Source: Saccharofermentans sp. (GTDB lineage Bacteria > Bacillota > Clostridia > Saccharofermentanales > Saccharofermentanaceae). Taken from it: a stretch of DNA of 64,000 nt. Position 1 is the first letter of the stretch; each line of letters starts with the position of its first letter. The notes below the pieces were generated by a model that saw nothing but the letters and a program-made list of their open reading frames with translations, made no database searches and was not told the DNA's origin. This document shows positions 19,242 to 28,579 of the stretch, piece by piece. The translations under genes were made by a program, and so were the position numbers. The DNA is taken from assembly GCA_024403695.1 (NCBI GenBank), contig JAKSRI010000006.1, forward strand, positions 5,488-69,487. The letters run 5' to 3'.

Positions 19242-19270
19242 TTGACACAATACACAATGATTATTATACT
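19242..19270 (+). promoter_or_regulatory. Strong sigmaA promoter of the tRNA pair
   Basis: TTGACA-17nt-TATACT with an A/T-tract UP element upstream. Confidence 0.85.
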
Positions 19271-19308
19271 AATTGAGCGTTTGAGGCGCACACAGTGTTA
19301 AATAACGT

Positions 19309-19385
19309 GGGCCTTTAGCTCAGTTGGTTAGAGCAACCGGCTCATAACCGGTCGGTCCCGGGTTCAAGTCCCTGAAGGCCCACCA
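19309..19385 (+). tRNA. tRNA with CAT anticodon, most likely tRNA-Ile2 (lysidine)
   Basis: Acceptor stem GGGCCTT/AAGGCCC, anticodon arm ACCGG-CTCATAA-CCGGT, TTCAAGT loop, encoded CCA. It lacks initiator hallmarks. Ile2 versus elongator Met is inferred from resemblance to Firmicute Ile2 genes. Confidence 0.9.
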
Positions 19386-19412
19386 ACCACACTGAGAATT
19401 ACAATTACATAT

Positions 19413-19497
19413 GGGAAGATTCCCGAGCGGCCAAAGGGAACAGACTGTAAATCTGTCGTCAGTGACTTCGATGGTTCGAATCCATCTCTTCCCACCA
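19413..19497 (+). tRNA. tRNA-Tyr(GTA)
   Basis: Acceptor stem GGGAAGA/TCTTCCC, ACAGA-CTGTAAA-TCTGT, long variable arm, encoded CCA. Confidence 0.97.
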
Positions 19498-19526
19498 AAG
19501 CTTCTTCTTCGGAAGAAGCTTTTTTT
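19498..19526 (+). terminator. Terminator of the tRNA operon
   Basis: AAGCTTCTTC-TTCG-GAAGAAGCTT followed by a T-tract. Confidence 0.92.
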
Positions 19527-19561
19527 ATGCTTAAATCTGTAACACCTCTCTCCCACACAAT

Positions 19562-19593
19562 AAAAAGCAGGTCTCCAAAAACGAAGACCTGCT
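19562..19593 (-). terminator. Terminator after asd
   Basis: AGCAGGTCT-10nt-AGACCTGCT plus TTTT on the minus strand. Confidence 0.8.
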
Positions 19594-19617
19594 CTATAAT
19601 TACTTATTTGATAACTA

Positions 19618-20703
19618 TTACTTAGCCTGAATATAACCAAGCTTTGTAAGAAGTTCTGCAGAAAGCATTCCACCACCTGCAGCACCACGAAGTGTATTGT
19701 GCGAGAGACATGTAAACTTATAATCGAAGATTACGTCTTCTCTAAGACGACCAACAGACACACCCATACCATTTTCAAAGTAAGCATCAAGTGCTGGCTG
19801 TGGACGATTATCCTCATCAATATACTGGAGGAACTTCTTAGGTGCAGATGGAAGACCAAGCTTAACTGCCTCGGACTCAAAGTTATTCCATGTATTAATC
19901 ATCTCTTCCATAGATGGCTTATTCTCGAAAGAAACAGAAACTGCTGCTGTATGACCTTCCTGAACAGCTACACGATAGCACTGAGCAGAGATTACAGGGT
20001 TCTTAGCGAGCTCAATGTGATCACCAGCAAGCTTACCCCATACCTTAAGTGGCTCCTTCTCAGACTTCTCTTCCTCACCACCGATATAAGGAATCATGTT
20101 ACCAACCATCTCTGGCCAATCCTTAAATGTCTTACCTGCACCAGAAATAGCCTGATATGTGCATACAGAAATCTGCTTAATACCATTACCGAGGAATGGT
20201 GTAAGAGCTGGAACATAAGACTGAATAGAACAGTTTGGTTTAACTGCAACGAATCCACGTGTTGTACCAAGTCTCTTCTTCTGAGCCTCGATAAGTCCAG
20301 CATGCTCAAAGTTAATCTCAGGGATAATCATTGGAACATCTTCTGTCCATCTATGAGCAGAGTTATTAGAAACAACTGGTGTCTCGAGCTTAGCAATCTT
20401 CTCCTCGAGAGCTCTGATCTCATCCTTCTTCATATCAACAGCACAGAATGTGAAGTCAACCTGCTCACAGAAAGCCTCTATATCATCTGTACCATATACA
20501 ACCATTTTCTTAACATATTCAGGCATTGGTACGTTAATCTTCCAACGATCACCACAAGCCTCTTCGTATGTCTTTCCAGCAGAACGAGGAGATGCACAAA
20601 CTGCAACGCACTCGAACCAAGGATGATTTTCCATGAGTGCAATAAATCTCTGACCAACATAACCTGTAGCGCCGATAACGCCTGCTCTAAGTTTCTTTTC
20701 CAT
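19618..20703 (-). CDS. asd: Aspartate-semialdehyde dehydrogenase
   Basis: GATGYVGQ, SNNSAHR, VKPNCS, QAISGAG, HNTLRGAAGG. Confidence 0.97.
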   Translation of the reverse strand: MEKKLRAGVIGATGYVGQRFIALMENHPWFECVAVCASPRSAGKTYEEACGDRWKINVPMPEYVKKMVVYGTDDIEAFCEQVDFTFCAVDMKKDEIRALEEKIAKLETPVVSNNSAHRWTEDVPMIIPEINFEHAGLIEAQKKRLGTTRGFVAVKPNCSIQSYVPALTPFLGNGIKQISVCTYQAISGAGKTFKDWPEMVGNMIPYIGGEEEKSEKEPLKVWGKLAGDHIELAKNPVISAQCYRVAVQEGHTAAVSVSFENKPSMEEMINTWNNFESEAVKLGLPSAPKKFLQYIDEDNRPQPALDAYFENGMGVSVGRLREDVIFDYKFTCLSHNTLRGAAGGGMLSAELLTKLGYIQAK

Positions 20704-20880
20704 ACGTTAAAACTCCTAATATTTAATCTGTAGCTGTCCGTCACGGAAGGACAACTGTATTTTCAACGACAAACATATTATCACAATGATATTCTTGTAA
20801 CAATAGTACTTTCTCAAAAAAATCACATATCAATATGTTAAAATATGTTTAATTTAACCATATAAGGAGCAAATCAGCTA

Positions 20881-21864
20881 ATGAAAGAAGTATTCCCCAT
20901 TCTTGACCAGTACTGTAACTACATGTTAGCAGTTCTTGGACGTTCAGAATTAACAGTTACGGAATACACTTATGACCTTATTTCTTTCTTTAGTTTCTGG
21001 AAGCGCGACAAGCGAATGGTTCCTAAGGACACTCCACTTGAAGAGATAGATATTACTGACATTACAGAGAAGGAAATCAACAAGATTACAACAGATGACC
21101 TTCTTGTTTTCCTTATCTTCTTGAGCAGAGAACGTAAGCTTTCGACTTCTTCCCGCGCCAGAAGAATTGCTACCCTTAAAAGTTTTTTTAAATACTGTCA
21201 TTCAAAGAAACACATTATAGATCAGAATCCAGCTTATGACTTAGAGACTCCTAAGAAAGGTAAAAGACAGCCAAAGTACCTTACCCTGGAGCAGAGCACT
21301 GAATTGCTTGCCACCGCTTTCGAGGCCCCAACAGAGTCTAACGAGCGCGACTTCTGTATCCTTACCCTATTCCTTAACTGCGGCATGCGTTTGTCCGAGT
21401 TAAGAGGAATTGATATTGATGATATCCACGACACTACCCTCACAGTAATTGGTAAGGGTAATAAAGAGAGAACCATTTATCTTAACGACGCATGCTTAAG
21501 TGCTATCGATGACTGGATGGTAGCTCGTAACAAGTACAACATTAAGGCGAAAGCCAGCAAGGCGCTTTTTGTCAGCAAGCAAGGCAACCGCATTAGCGAC
21601 GACATGATTCAGATTGTTATCAAGAGATTAATGGCACAGGCCGGAATCGATACAAAAGTGTACTCTGTCCACAAACTAAGACACACTGCTGCTACTCTTA
21701 TGTATAAGTACGGTCACGTTGATATCCGTAATTTGCAGCAGATTCTAGGACACAGTAGTGTTTCTACTACTCAGATTTATACTCATGTTGATGATGAGCA
21801 GTTACAGGAAGCTATTAACAGAAACCCATTGGCGAAATTCGACCCAGATAAGAAAAAGCGTTAA
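20881..21864 (+). CDS. xerC: XerC/XerD-type tyrosine recombinase
   Basis: SAM-like N domain, GMRLSEL, GKGNKER, HKLRH, LGH and TTQIY give a complete catalytic set; housekeeping context. Confidence 0.88.
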   Translation: MKEVFPILDQYCNYMLAVLGRSELTVTEYTYDLISFFSFWKRDKRMVPKDTPLEEIDITDITEKEINKITTDDLLVFLIFLSRERKLSTSSRARRIATLKSFFKYCHSKKHIIDQNPAYDLETPKKGKRQPKYLTLEQSTELLATAFEAPTESNERDFCILTLFLNCGMRLSELRGIDIDDIHDTTLTVIGKGNKERTIYLNDACLSAIDDWMVARNKYNIKAKASKALFVSKQGNRISDDMIQIVIKRLMAQAGIDTKVYSVHKLRHTAATLMYKYGHVDIRNLQQILGHSSVSTTQIYTHVDDEQLQEAINRNPLAKFDPDKKKR

Positions 21865-24204
21865 TTAGCCTGCGGCACCCTGGCCTTCTTCTGGTGTAAC
21901 TGTCTGAGGGATATATGGTGCACCAAGATCATCACCAACAACTGGAGTAACATCCACAACAGATTCATGGTAACTTGTTGGCACATGGAAATAAGCAGCC
22001 AAAAGCTTCTCAGCGATAATAGCTGTTGACTTACCCCACTCACCTCTCTCTACTACAAGAGCGATAGCAACCTGTGGATTATCTGCAGGTGCATAACATA
22101 CGAAAAGTCCGTTTGAATACTCCTTATTACGGTCCTCGTTACCTGTCTCAGCAGTACCAGTCTTACATACTACTGGAATTGGGAAGTCAAGGAATACATC
22201 TGAAGCTGTTCCGTCCCAAGTGCTTGTACCAGTAACTACGCATCTCATAGCAAAACGAACTGCCTCGAGATTAGCATCGCTAAGTCCAAGTGGAGTTGAA
22301 GCAGTCTGACCTCTGTAAAGAATTGATCCATCACTACCAACAACGCTATCGATTACATATGGAGTAACGAGCTTATTAGTTGAAATAGCAGCTGTATAAC
22401 GACAAAGCTGAAGAATAGTAAAACAGTTATCGAACTGACCAATAGCGGACTGAGCTGTATCAGCTGGGAACCATGTTCTATCATATTCCTGCTCACGAAG
22501 AAGTCTCTTAGTCTCACGGGAAGCTCTTACACCACAAATCTCACCTGGAAGGTCGATACCTGTGTACTCACCAAGACCAAGTCTCTTACCCATCGCATCA
22601 ATATTATCGATACCTGTATCTACACCAAGTCGCATAAAGTAAATGTTACAGGATGTTGCCATAGCAGAATTAAGATCAAGTGGACCGTGACCTGTAAGTG
22701 GGAACTCGAGACACTTAAATATCCAACCAGAAATATCATAAGGGCTCTCACATGCATACCATGTTCTATCAGGAGAAATAGTACCTGTCTCTAGACCAGC
22801 AAGAGCCGTACACATCTTAAATGTAGAACCTGGCGCATACTGAGACATGAATGCTCTATTCCAAAGTGGCATATCTTCAGAGGTAATATCTTCATACTCA
22901 TCAATTCCAAGGTAATACTTAAGCTGCTCTTCAGCCTGCTTATCACCATACATGGAGAGAATAAAGTCATTAGGGTCAAAGTTAGGATACGAACCCATGG
23001 CAATAATGGCACCTGTATTAACATCCATCATTACAAAAGCACCAGCATTCGCAGTCTTATAACCAGTCTGTCTAACTTGCTCATCAGCCTTAGCATCAGC
23101 GATATACTGCTTAAGAGCCTCGATACCAACACGCTGTACATCAGAATCAATAGTAAGATGAACTGTAGCACCGGCAACTGGATCTGTACCGTAACTACTT
23201 GGATAGAAAACACCTTCTGAACCCATCTCAGTCCATGCAGTATATGTTGTTGTACCGTAAGTTCCATGAAGATATCTTTCCATCTGAGACTCTACACCAG
23301 ACTGACCTACAAGGTCAGAGTTGGCATAACCATAAGTCTCCAGATCAGCAAGAGATTCCTGTGAAATATGACCTACGTAACCTACTACATGGCAAGAAAT
23401 CTGAGCCATTGGAGTATAAACTCTTCTATAATCTACAGAACTAATAAGGCCCATATAATGGTAGTTCTGCTCCTGCAACAGAGTTATAAGCTCATCCGGA
23501 ACATCAGTAGCAATCTGAACTGGAGTACCAGTCTGGAATGACCAGTTATCCTCGAAAATCTGATATCTGAGACGACAAATTCTGTAGGCTTCATCTACAC
23601 TATACTTCTCATCAATATTAAATTTCTGTCGAAGATATAAGAAGAAAACCTGAGGATCAGTCTTAACATAATCATCAGAGAAAGTAACGATAATACCCTG
23701 TGAATAATCCTGAAGATTAAAAAGGTTATGGTTTGTCTGCCATAATCTAATTTCCTCCTCATCCTTAAAGAAAGTATATGGATCAATACCAAAATACTCA
23801 TCAAGGTTAGATACAGTAATACAGTTATAGTCGTCAAACAAATAACTTAACTCCAAGAGCATGGCGTTAAGGTCATCATCTTCCATAAATGCATTTGAGA
23901 TAAGAAGTGTATTAACTGACTCAGAAGTAGCCAGAACAACACCATTACTATCAACAATGTCGCCACGAGGCGCAGGAACAGTATACTGTCTAGAAATAAG
24001 ACCTTCAGAAGTCGCAGACATAGTTCTCTGATAACCTGAGAACTGCAATGTTGTAGTCATTACAAAGATAATAATTCCGAATGTACAGAAAATCGCAGAC
24101 AATACAAAATATCTATTTGTAAGGACTTCAACTATTCTACGAAGAACACTCTTCTTCTCATCATTATTACGAGGTTCAATGGATGCATTTATAGAGTTAG
24201 CCAT
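21865..24204 (-). CDS. mrdA: Class B penicillin-binding protein (PBP2/MrdA)
   Basis: N-terminal TM, APRGDIVD, GQSGVE, PGSTFK (SxxK), SCN (SxN), KTGT; follows mreCD. Confidence 0.92.
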   Translation of the reverse strand: MANSINASIEPRNNDEKKSVLRRIVEVLTNRYFVLSAIFCTFGIIIFVMTTTLQFSGYQRTMSATSEGLISRQYTVPAPRGDIVDSNGVVLATSESVNTLLISNAFMEDDDLNAMLLELSYLFDDYNCITVSNLDEYFGIDPYTFFKDEEEIRLWQTNHNLFNLQDYSQGIIVTFSDDYVKTDPQVFFLYLRQKFNIDEKYSVDEAYRICRLRYQIFEDNWSFQTGTPVQIATDVPDELITLLQEQNYHYMGLISSVDYRRVYTPMAQISCHVVGYVGHISQESLADLETYGYANSDLVGQSGVESQMERYLHGTYGTTTYTAWTEMGSEGVFYPSSYGTDPVAGATVHLTIDSDVQRVGIEALKQYIADAKADEQVRQTGYKTANAGAFVMMDVNTGAIIAMGSYPNFDPNDFILSMYGDKQAEEQLKYYLGIDEYEDITSEDMPLWNRAFMSQYAPGSTFKMCTALAGLETGTISPDRTWYACESPYDISGWIFKCLEFPLTGHGPLDLNSAMATSCNIYFMRLGVDTGIDNIDAMGKRLGLGEYTGIDLPGEICGVRASRETKRLLREQEYDRTWFPADTAQSAIGQFDNCFTILQLCRYTAAISTNKLVTPYVIDSVVGSDGSILYRGQTASTPLGLSDANLEAVRFAMRCVVTGTSTWDGTASDVFLDFPIPVVCKTGTAETGNEDRNKEYSNGLFVCYAPADNPQVAIALVVERGEWGKSTAIIAEKLLAAYFHVPTSYHESVVDVTPVVGDDLGAPYIPQTVTPEEGQGAAG

Positions 24205-24806
24205 GTATTACCTCCATCAGAATGTTCATCAATAAGCTTAGGGTTAATTCCTTTCTTATAAGGACCAACAAATCTAAGCAACAAATAAATAGGCACAGTC
24301 ACAATAAGATTCAAAAGCAACTGTGGTGCCAAGGATCTAACAATCATTCTACCAACAGTTACGCTATATGTGGCAGATGGCACGAAAAGAGCCCAGGTCT
24401 TAATAACAATGTAACCCACAACCTTATAAATAGCAGTTGTGGCCATAATGGCAAGGAATGCGAAAGCAGTATTACGATGCATTCTGCGTGTAAAGAAACT
24501 ACTACCAACAGCGGCAGCAAGTACCATAACAAGTAACCCAATGCCCAAAGCAGGAGATGCTTTACCATCAAGTCCAGTAATGGAAGGACCCGCAAAATAA
24601 TCTCTGATAATACCTACAAAAAATGCTACCACCATGCCGTCATAAAAACCAAACATATAAGCAACAAGTACTGTAAAAACAAACATCAAATCAGCAATTT
24701 GGCCGTTTAAACTGAGGATCTCAGGAAAAGACACCTGAAAACAACAGAAAAACAATACATATAATATGTAAACAACAATTTTTCTGATTATAGGAAGTTT
24801 TTTCAT
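24189..24806 (-). CDS. mreD: Rod shape-determining protein MreD-like membrane protein
   Basis: Five to six hydrophobic helices, G..RD motif, position between mreC and pbp2. Confidence 0.7.
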   Translation of the reverse strand: MKKLPIIRKIVVYILYVLFFCCFQVSFPEILSLNGQIADLMFVFTVLVAYMFGFYDGMVVAFFVGIIRDYFAGPSITGLDGKASPALGIGLLVMVLAAAVGSSFFTRRMHRNTAFAFLAIMATTAIYKVVGYIVIKTWALFVPSATYSVTVGRMIVRSLAPQLLLNLIVTVPIYLLLRFVGPYKKGINPKLIDEHSDGGNTWLTL

Positions 24807-25678
24807 TAATCAGCTTCCTCAGTTGCTTCTACAGTTTTTTCAAAAGGAACCATAACGAACACATCGTTAAGTGTACCAATATCAGAATAAGGTCTTAATG
24901 TAGCAGTAATATAGGTTGGATTTGATTTATCTACACTAACAATTACGCCGATAGGAATACCCTGTGGGAACAATCCACCATTACCAGAAGTAACAATTTC
25001 AGTTCCTGGCTCAAGTTCTACATTAGCATCAATATCTGTAACCAAACACAAACCATCGTGCTTCAATGAAGCGTCACCCATAACAGTTAAGTTTGCACCA
25101 TTAACTTCATTTACCTTAGCATTAACAATAAAGCCTTCGTGAAGCAATGGAAGAATCTTAGAATCGTCACCATTTACTTCGATAATACGACCAATAAGAT
25201 TCATTCGAACATCTACAACCGCTAAGGAATCACCCTTCTCGAGCTCAACTCCATCACGGTTACCAAGACCAATACGAATAACAGAGAACCACTCGTCAGC
25301 TTCTCTAGATAAAATTGATGCACCATAAATATCATAGTTACTAAATGTATCTCTGATATGGAAAGCATCACGGAGCTCTTCGTATCTGATCATAGCCTCT
25401 TCATTCTGGGTAATCTGATACTGAAGCTCAGCGATTTCAGCCTTGAGTTCTCTGTTCTCGTTACGTATAGCAATACCGTCATTAATAGCTGCCCAGAAAT
25501 CTGAGAATCCATTTCCAGTATCTTTAACAAGACGCTGAACTGGAGCAATTATTCCACCAACAGGCTTCATAAGCGTATTAAGCGGACTTCCAGGAACGAC
25601 ACTAAGAATTATGGCTGCCAATATTAATAGGACAGCCATAATAACGATAAATAACTTACTTGTTAAAAGTCTCTTCAT
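24806..25678 (-). CDS. mreC: Rod shape-determining protein MreC
   Basis: TM, coiled coil IRNENRELKAEIAEL, IVTSGNGGLFPQGIPIGVI, LNDVFV. Confidence 0.93.
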   Translation of the reverse strand: MKRLLTSKLFIVIMAVLLILAAIILSVVPGSPLNTLMKPVGGIIAPVQRLVKDTGNGFSDFWAAINDGIAIRNENRELKAEIAELQYQITQNEEAMIRYEELRDAFHIRDTFSNYDIYGASILSREADEWFSVIRIGLGNRDGVELEKGDSLAVVDVRMNLIGRIIEVNGDDSKILPLLHEGFIVNAKVNEVNGANLTVMGDASLKHDGLCLVTDIDANVELEPGTEIVTSGNGGLFPQGIPIGVIVSVDKSNPTYITATLRPYSDIGTLNDVFVMVPFEKTVEATEEAD

Positions 25679-25697
25679 CTACTCTACAATTAGCGAA

Positions 25698-26216
25698 TTA
25701 AATATTCTTTCCGCAGCACTTCTTATACTTCTTACCAGAACCACATGGACATGGATCATTACGTCCAACCTTTGTGGAGTGAGCAATATTTGCCTCACGG
25801 TACTCACGAGCAATCTCTGCAGCCTTCTCGTCTGTGATTACCTTCTTCCATGCTGGGAGCTTGTAAAGCCAGTTAGCCTTAGCATCACGCATGTTGTAGT
25901 AAAGCTTCTCATAATCGAAGTCGAGCTCAATCTCTGTATCATCATCAACAGACTCTACATCGAGATCATTCTTAAGGCTTGTCTTAGCTCCATCAAGGAA
26001 ACCTACGAAGATATCCATAGTGTCAGCATTGAAACCAAGCTTCTTAGCTACATCAGATGCCTTACCCTTTGTATACTCGCTATTTTCTGGGTAGCTAGAA
26101 AGGATCTTCTCATAAGCATCCTTCTCAAGTGAATAGTAAAGATTGATGTACTGTGTATATGATGTCTGATCGTGAATAGTCTCTGATCTGTCAATCCATG
26201 TCTCGTAATAACTCAT
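25698..26216 (-). CDS. SEC-C metal-binding motif protein (clostridial family)
   Basis: C-terminal [21 protein letters not shown]. Confidence 0.9.
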   Translation of the reverse strand: MSYYETWIDRSETIHDQTSYTQYINLYYSLEKDAYEKILSSYPENSEYTKGKASDVAKKLGFNADTMDIFVGFLDGAKTSLKNDLDVESVDDDTEIELDFDYEKLYYNMRDAKANWLYKLPAWKKVITDEKAAEIAREYREANIAHSTKVGRNDPCPCGSGKKYKKCCGKNI

Positions 26217-26253
26217 TGTAATAATCTCCTATTAATATATATTCAACTTTTAA

Positions 26254-27450
26254 TTAAAGCTTAGCAGCGATTGCCTTCAAGAAATCCTCTGTGTTAACAA
26301 CATTCTTCTCTGGAACGTCGATAAGATTCTTAAGGTCACCTGTAATTGTACCAGATTCAATAGTCTCAATTGAGGCATTCTCGAGTCTATTTGCAAAATC
26401 CTCGAGCTCAGGAAGCTCATCCATCTGAGCTCTCTTACGAAGAGCACCTGTCCAAGCAAAAAGTGTAGCCATTGGGTTAGTAGATGTAGCCTCACCCTTA
26501 AGATACTTATAATAATGTCTTGTAACTGTACCATGAGCAGCCTCATACTCGTAAACACCATCTGGTGAAACAAGTACGGAAGTCATCATAGCAAGGGAAC
26601 CATTCGCAGAAGCAAGCATATCGGACATTACGTCACCATCGTAGTTCTTACAAGCCCAAAGGATACCACCTTCAGATCTCATAATACGAGCAACAACATC
26701 ATCGATAAGTGTATAGAAATACTCGATACCAGCTTCCTCGAACTTAGACTTAAACTCAGCCTCATAAATCTCAGCAAAAATATCCTTAAATCTATGGTCG
26801 TAAGTCTTAGAAATTGTATCCTTTGTAGCGAACCAGAGGTCCTGCTTAATATCAAGAGCATATGTGAAGCAAGCTCTTGCGAAAGAAGCGATAGACTTAT
26901 CTGTGTTATGCATACCCATGATTACACCAGAATCCTTAAAGTCGAAGATCTCCTTCTTCTCTGTTCTTCCATCTGGATATGTAACGAGAAGCTCAGCCTT
27001 AGCTGCGCCATCTACCTTCATCTCGCTGTTCTTATAGATATCACCATAAGCGTGACGTGCAATTGTGATTGGCTTCTTCCAAGAAGAAACGAATGGCTTA
27101 ATGCCCTTAACAATAATTGGAGCTCTGAATACTGTACCATCGAGCATTGCACGAATTGTACCGTTAGGGCTCTTCCACATCTCATGGAGGTTGTACTCAG
27201 TCATTCTCTGAGCATTTGGAGTAATAGTAGCGCACTTAACAGCAACGCCTAACTCCTTAGTTCTATTAGCTGAATCAATAGTAACCTGGTCATTTGTCTT
27301 GTCACGGTTTACGAGACCAAGGTCATAATATTCTGTCTTAAGGTCGATAAATGGAGTAAGTACAATATCCTTAATCTGCTGCCAGACAATTCTTGTCATC
27401 TCATCTCCGTCCATCTCAACGAGTGGGGTCTTCATCTGAATCTTTGCCAC
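26254..27450 (-). CDS. icd: NADP-dependent isocitrate dehydrogenase (eukaryote-like subfamily)
   Basis: [38 protein letters not shown]; GTG start with a GGAGG SD. Confidence 0.97.
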   Translation of the reverse strand: MAKIQMKTPLVEMDGDEMTRIVWQQIKDIVLTPFIDLKTEYYDLGLVNRDKTNDQVTIDSANRTKELGVAVKCATITPNAQRMTEYNLHEMWKSPNGTIRAMLDGTVFRAPIIVKGIKPFVSSWKKPITIARHAYGDIYKNSEMKVDGAAKAELLVTYPDGRTEKKEIFDFKDSGVIMGMHNTDKSIASFARACFTYALDIKQDLWFATKDTISKTYDHRFKDIFAEIYEAEFKSKFEEAGIEYFYTLIDDVVARIMRSEGGILWACKNYDGDVMSDMLASANGSLAMMTSVLVSPDGVYEYEAAHGTVTRHYYKYLKGEATSTNPMATLFAWTGALRKRAQMDELPELEDFANRLENASIETIESGTITGDLKNLIDVPEKNVVNTEDFLKAIAAKL

Positions 27451-27535
27451 GCTCAGTTCCTCCTAATAATAATATCTTTTCTTTAACTTACCTATTTTAG
27501 TTCAACGTTTAAATGTAGTCAATAAAAACACCTTT

Positions 27536-27544
27536 TGGTAGAAT
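27536..27544 (+). promoter_or_regulatory. Extended -10 box 6 nt upstream of the holA ATG (leaderless-type)
   Basis: TGGTAGAAT-AAATAC-ATG, TAGTCA 17 nt upstream; no SD. Confidence 0.55.
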
Positions 27545-27550
27545 AAATAC

Positions 27551-28579
27551 ATGGCTTATTCAAAAAAGAAAACTGACAGTGATTTTATAGATACCAAGGC
27601 TCTTGGAGCAGCTATCAAAGCAGATGATGGCTCCACTAGAGTTTACCTTATTACAGGCGAAGAAGATTTCTTCGTTAATATGTCCGTACAATCAATAAAA
27701 AAGAAATATCTTAATGAAGATTCCATTAGCATGGATTACGTTAAGCTGGACTTTAATGGTAAGGCTGTTGACGTTGAAAAGGTCGAGAACAACATCGCTA
27801 TTCCACCATGGCTTTCTACTAAGAGAATCGTTCACGTTAATAACTGTACTTTCGACAAGAATGCTGAAGAAATTGAAGAACTTCTTAGTAAGGTACCTTC
27901 TTGTGGTATTCTTATCTTCACTGTAAAAGACATTGATAAACGCAAGAAGAAGCTTGTGTCAGCATTTAAAGCAAACGGCATAACTGCTACTGTCGACTAT
28001 CTCGATAGCGACGCTCTCACTAATTGGATTACACGTAAATTAAATGCCGCTGGTATAAGTATTGATCCTATTTCATGCGAGAGTATCACTAGCAGATGTG
28101 AAAGAAGTATGCGTCTTATTACATCAGAGGTTAATAAACTTCAGCTTTATTGCGAAGGTGAAGGATTAACTACGATTACCGAAGATATTGTAGAGCTTGT
28201 CTGTCCTCCTGATATGCAGGGCAACATCTTTAAGATTATGGATGCAGTTGGTCAGGGCAACCCTGCCGCTGCCCTTTTACAGCTTAATAATCTTATTAAT
28301 CTTAAGGAGCCACCTATCAGAATTAGAGTGATGCTTACCAGACACTTCCGCCAGCTTATCTGTGCGAAAGAACTTGGTGATGCGCGTGAATTAGCGAGCC
28401 GCATTAAGGTGCAGGACTTCCAGGCACGTAAATTAATTACTCAGGCAAACCGATTCAATATGGATAGATTAATCAGACTATATAATGTCTGCGCCACACA
28501 GGATGTGGAGATTAAGTCCGGCAAGGCAAATGATCAGCAGACACTTGAGTCTTTTGTTATCATGGCCTGCGAACGATAA
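27551..28579 (+). CDS. holA: DNA polymerase III delta subunit
   Basis: VYLITGEEDF, NIFKIMDAV, RHFRQL, DVEIKSG. Confidence 0.9.
   Translation: MAYSKKKTDSDFIDTKALGAAIKADDGSTRVYLITGEEDFFVNMSVQSIKKKYLNEDSISMDYVKLDFNGKAVDVEKVENNIAIPPWLSTKRIVHVNNCTFDKNAEEIEELLSKVPSCGILIFTVKDIDKRKKKLVSAFKANGITATVDYLDSDALTNWITRKLNAAGISIDPISCESITSRCERSMRLITSEVNKLQLYCEGEGLTTITEDIVELVCPPDMQGNIFKIMDAVGQGNPAAALLQLNNLINLKEPPIRIRVMLTRHFRQLICAKELGDARELASRIKVQDFQARKLITQANRFNMDRLIRLYNVCATQDVEIKSGKANDQQTLESFVIMACER

Noticed and set aside
19357-19375. C-U mismatch in the T-stem of the CAT tRNA, suggesting a pseudo-tRNA
   Set aside because: A single mismatch is tolerated. The other arms, the CCA, the promoter and the terminator are intact.
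20825-20850. ACATAT-CA-ATATGT palindrome and AATATGTT direct repeat upstream of xerC
   Set aside because: Short and AT-only, so expected by chance, and no second Xer arm is present.
20881-21864. Tyrosine recombinase as a prophage or ICE integrase near tRNA genes
   Set aside because: It is flanked by asd and pbp2. No duplicated tRNA 3' end, att site, excisionase or cargo was seen, and it resembles chromosomal Xer.
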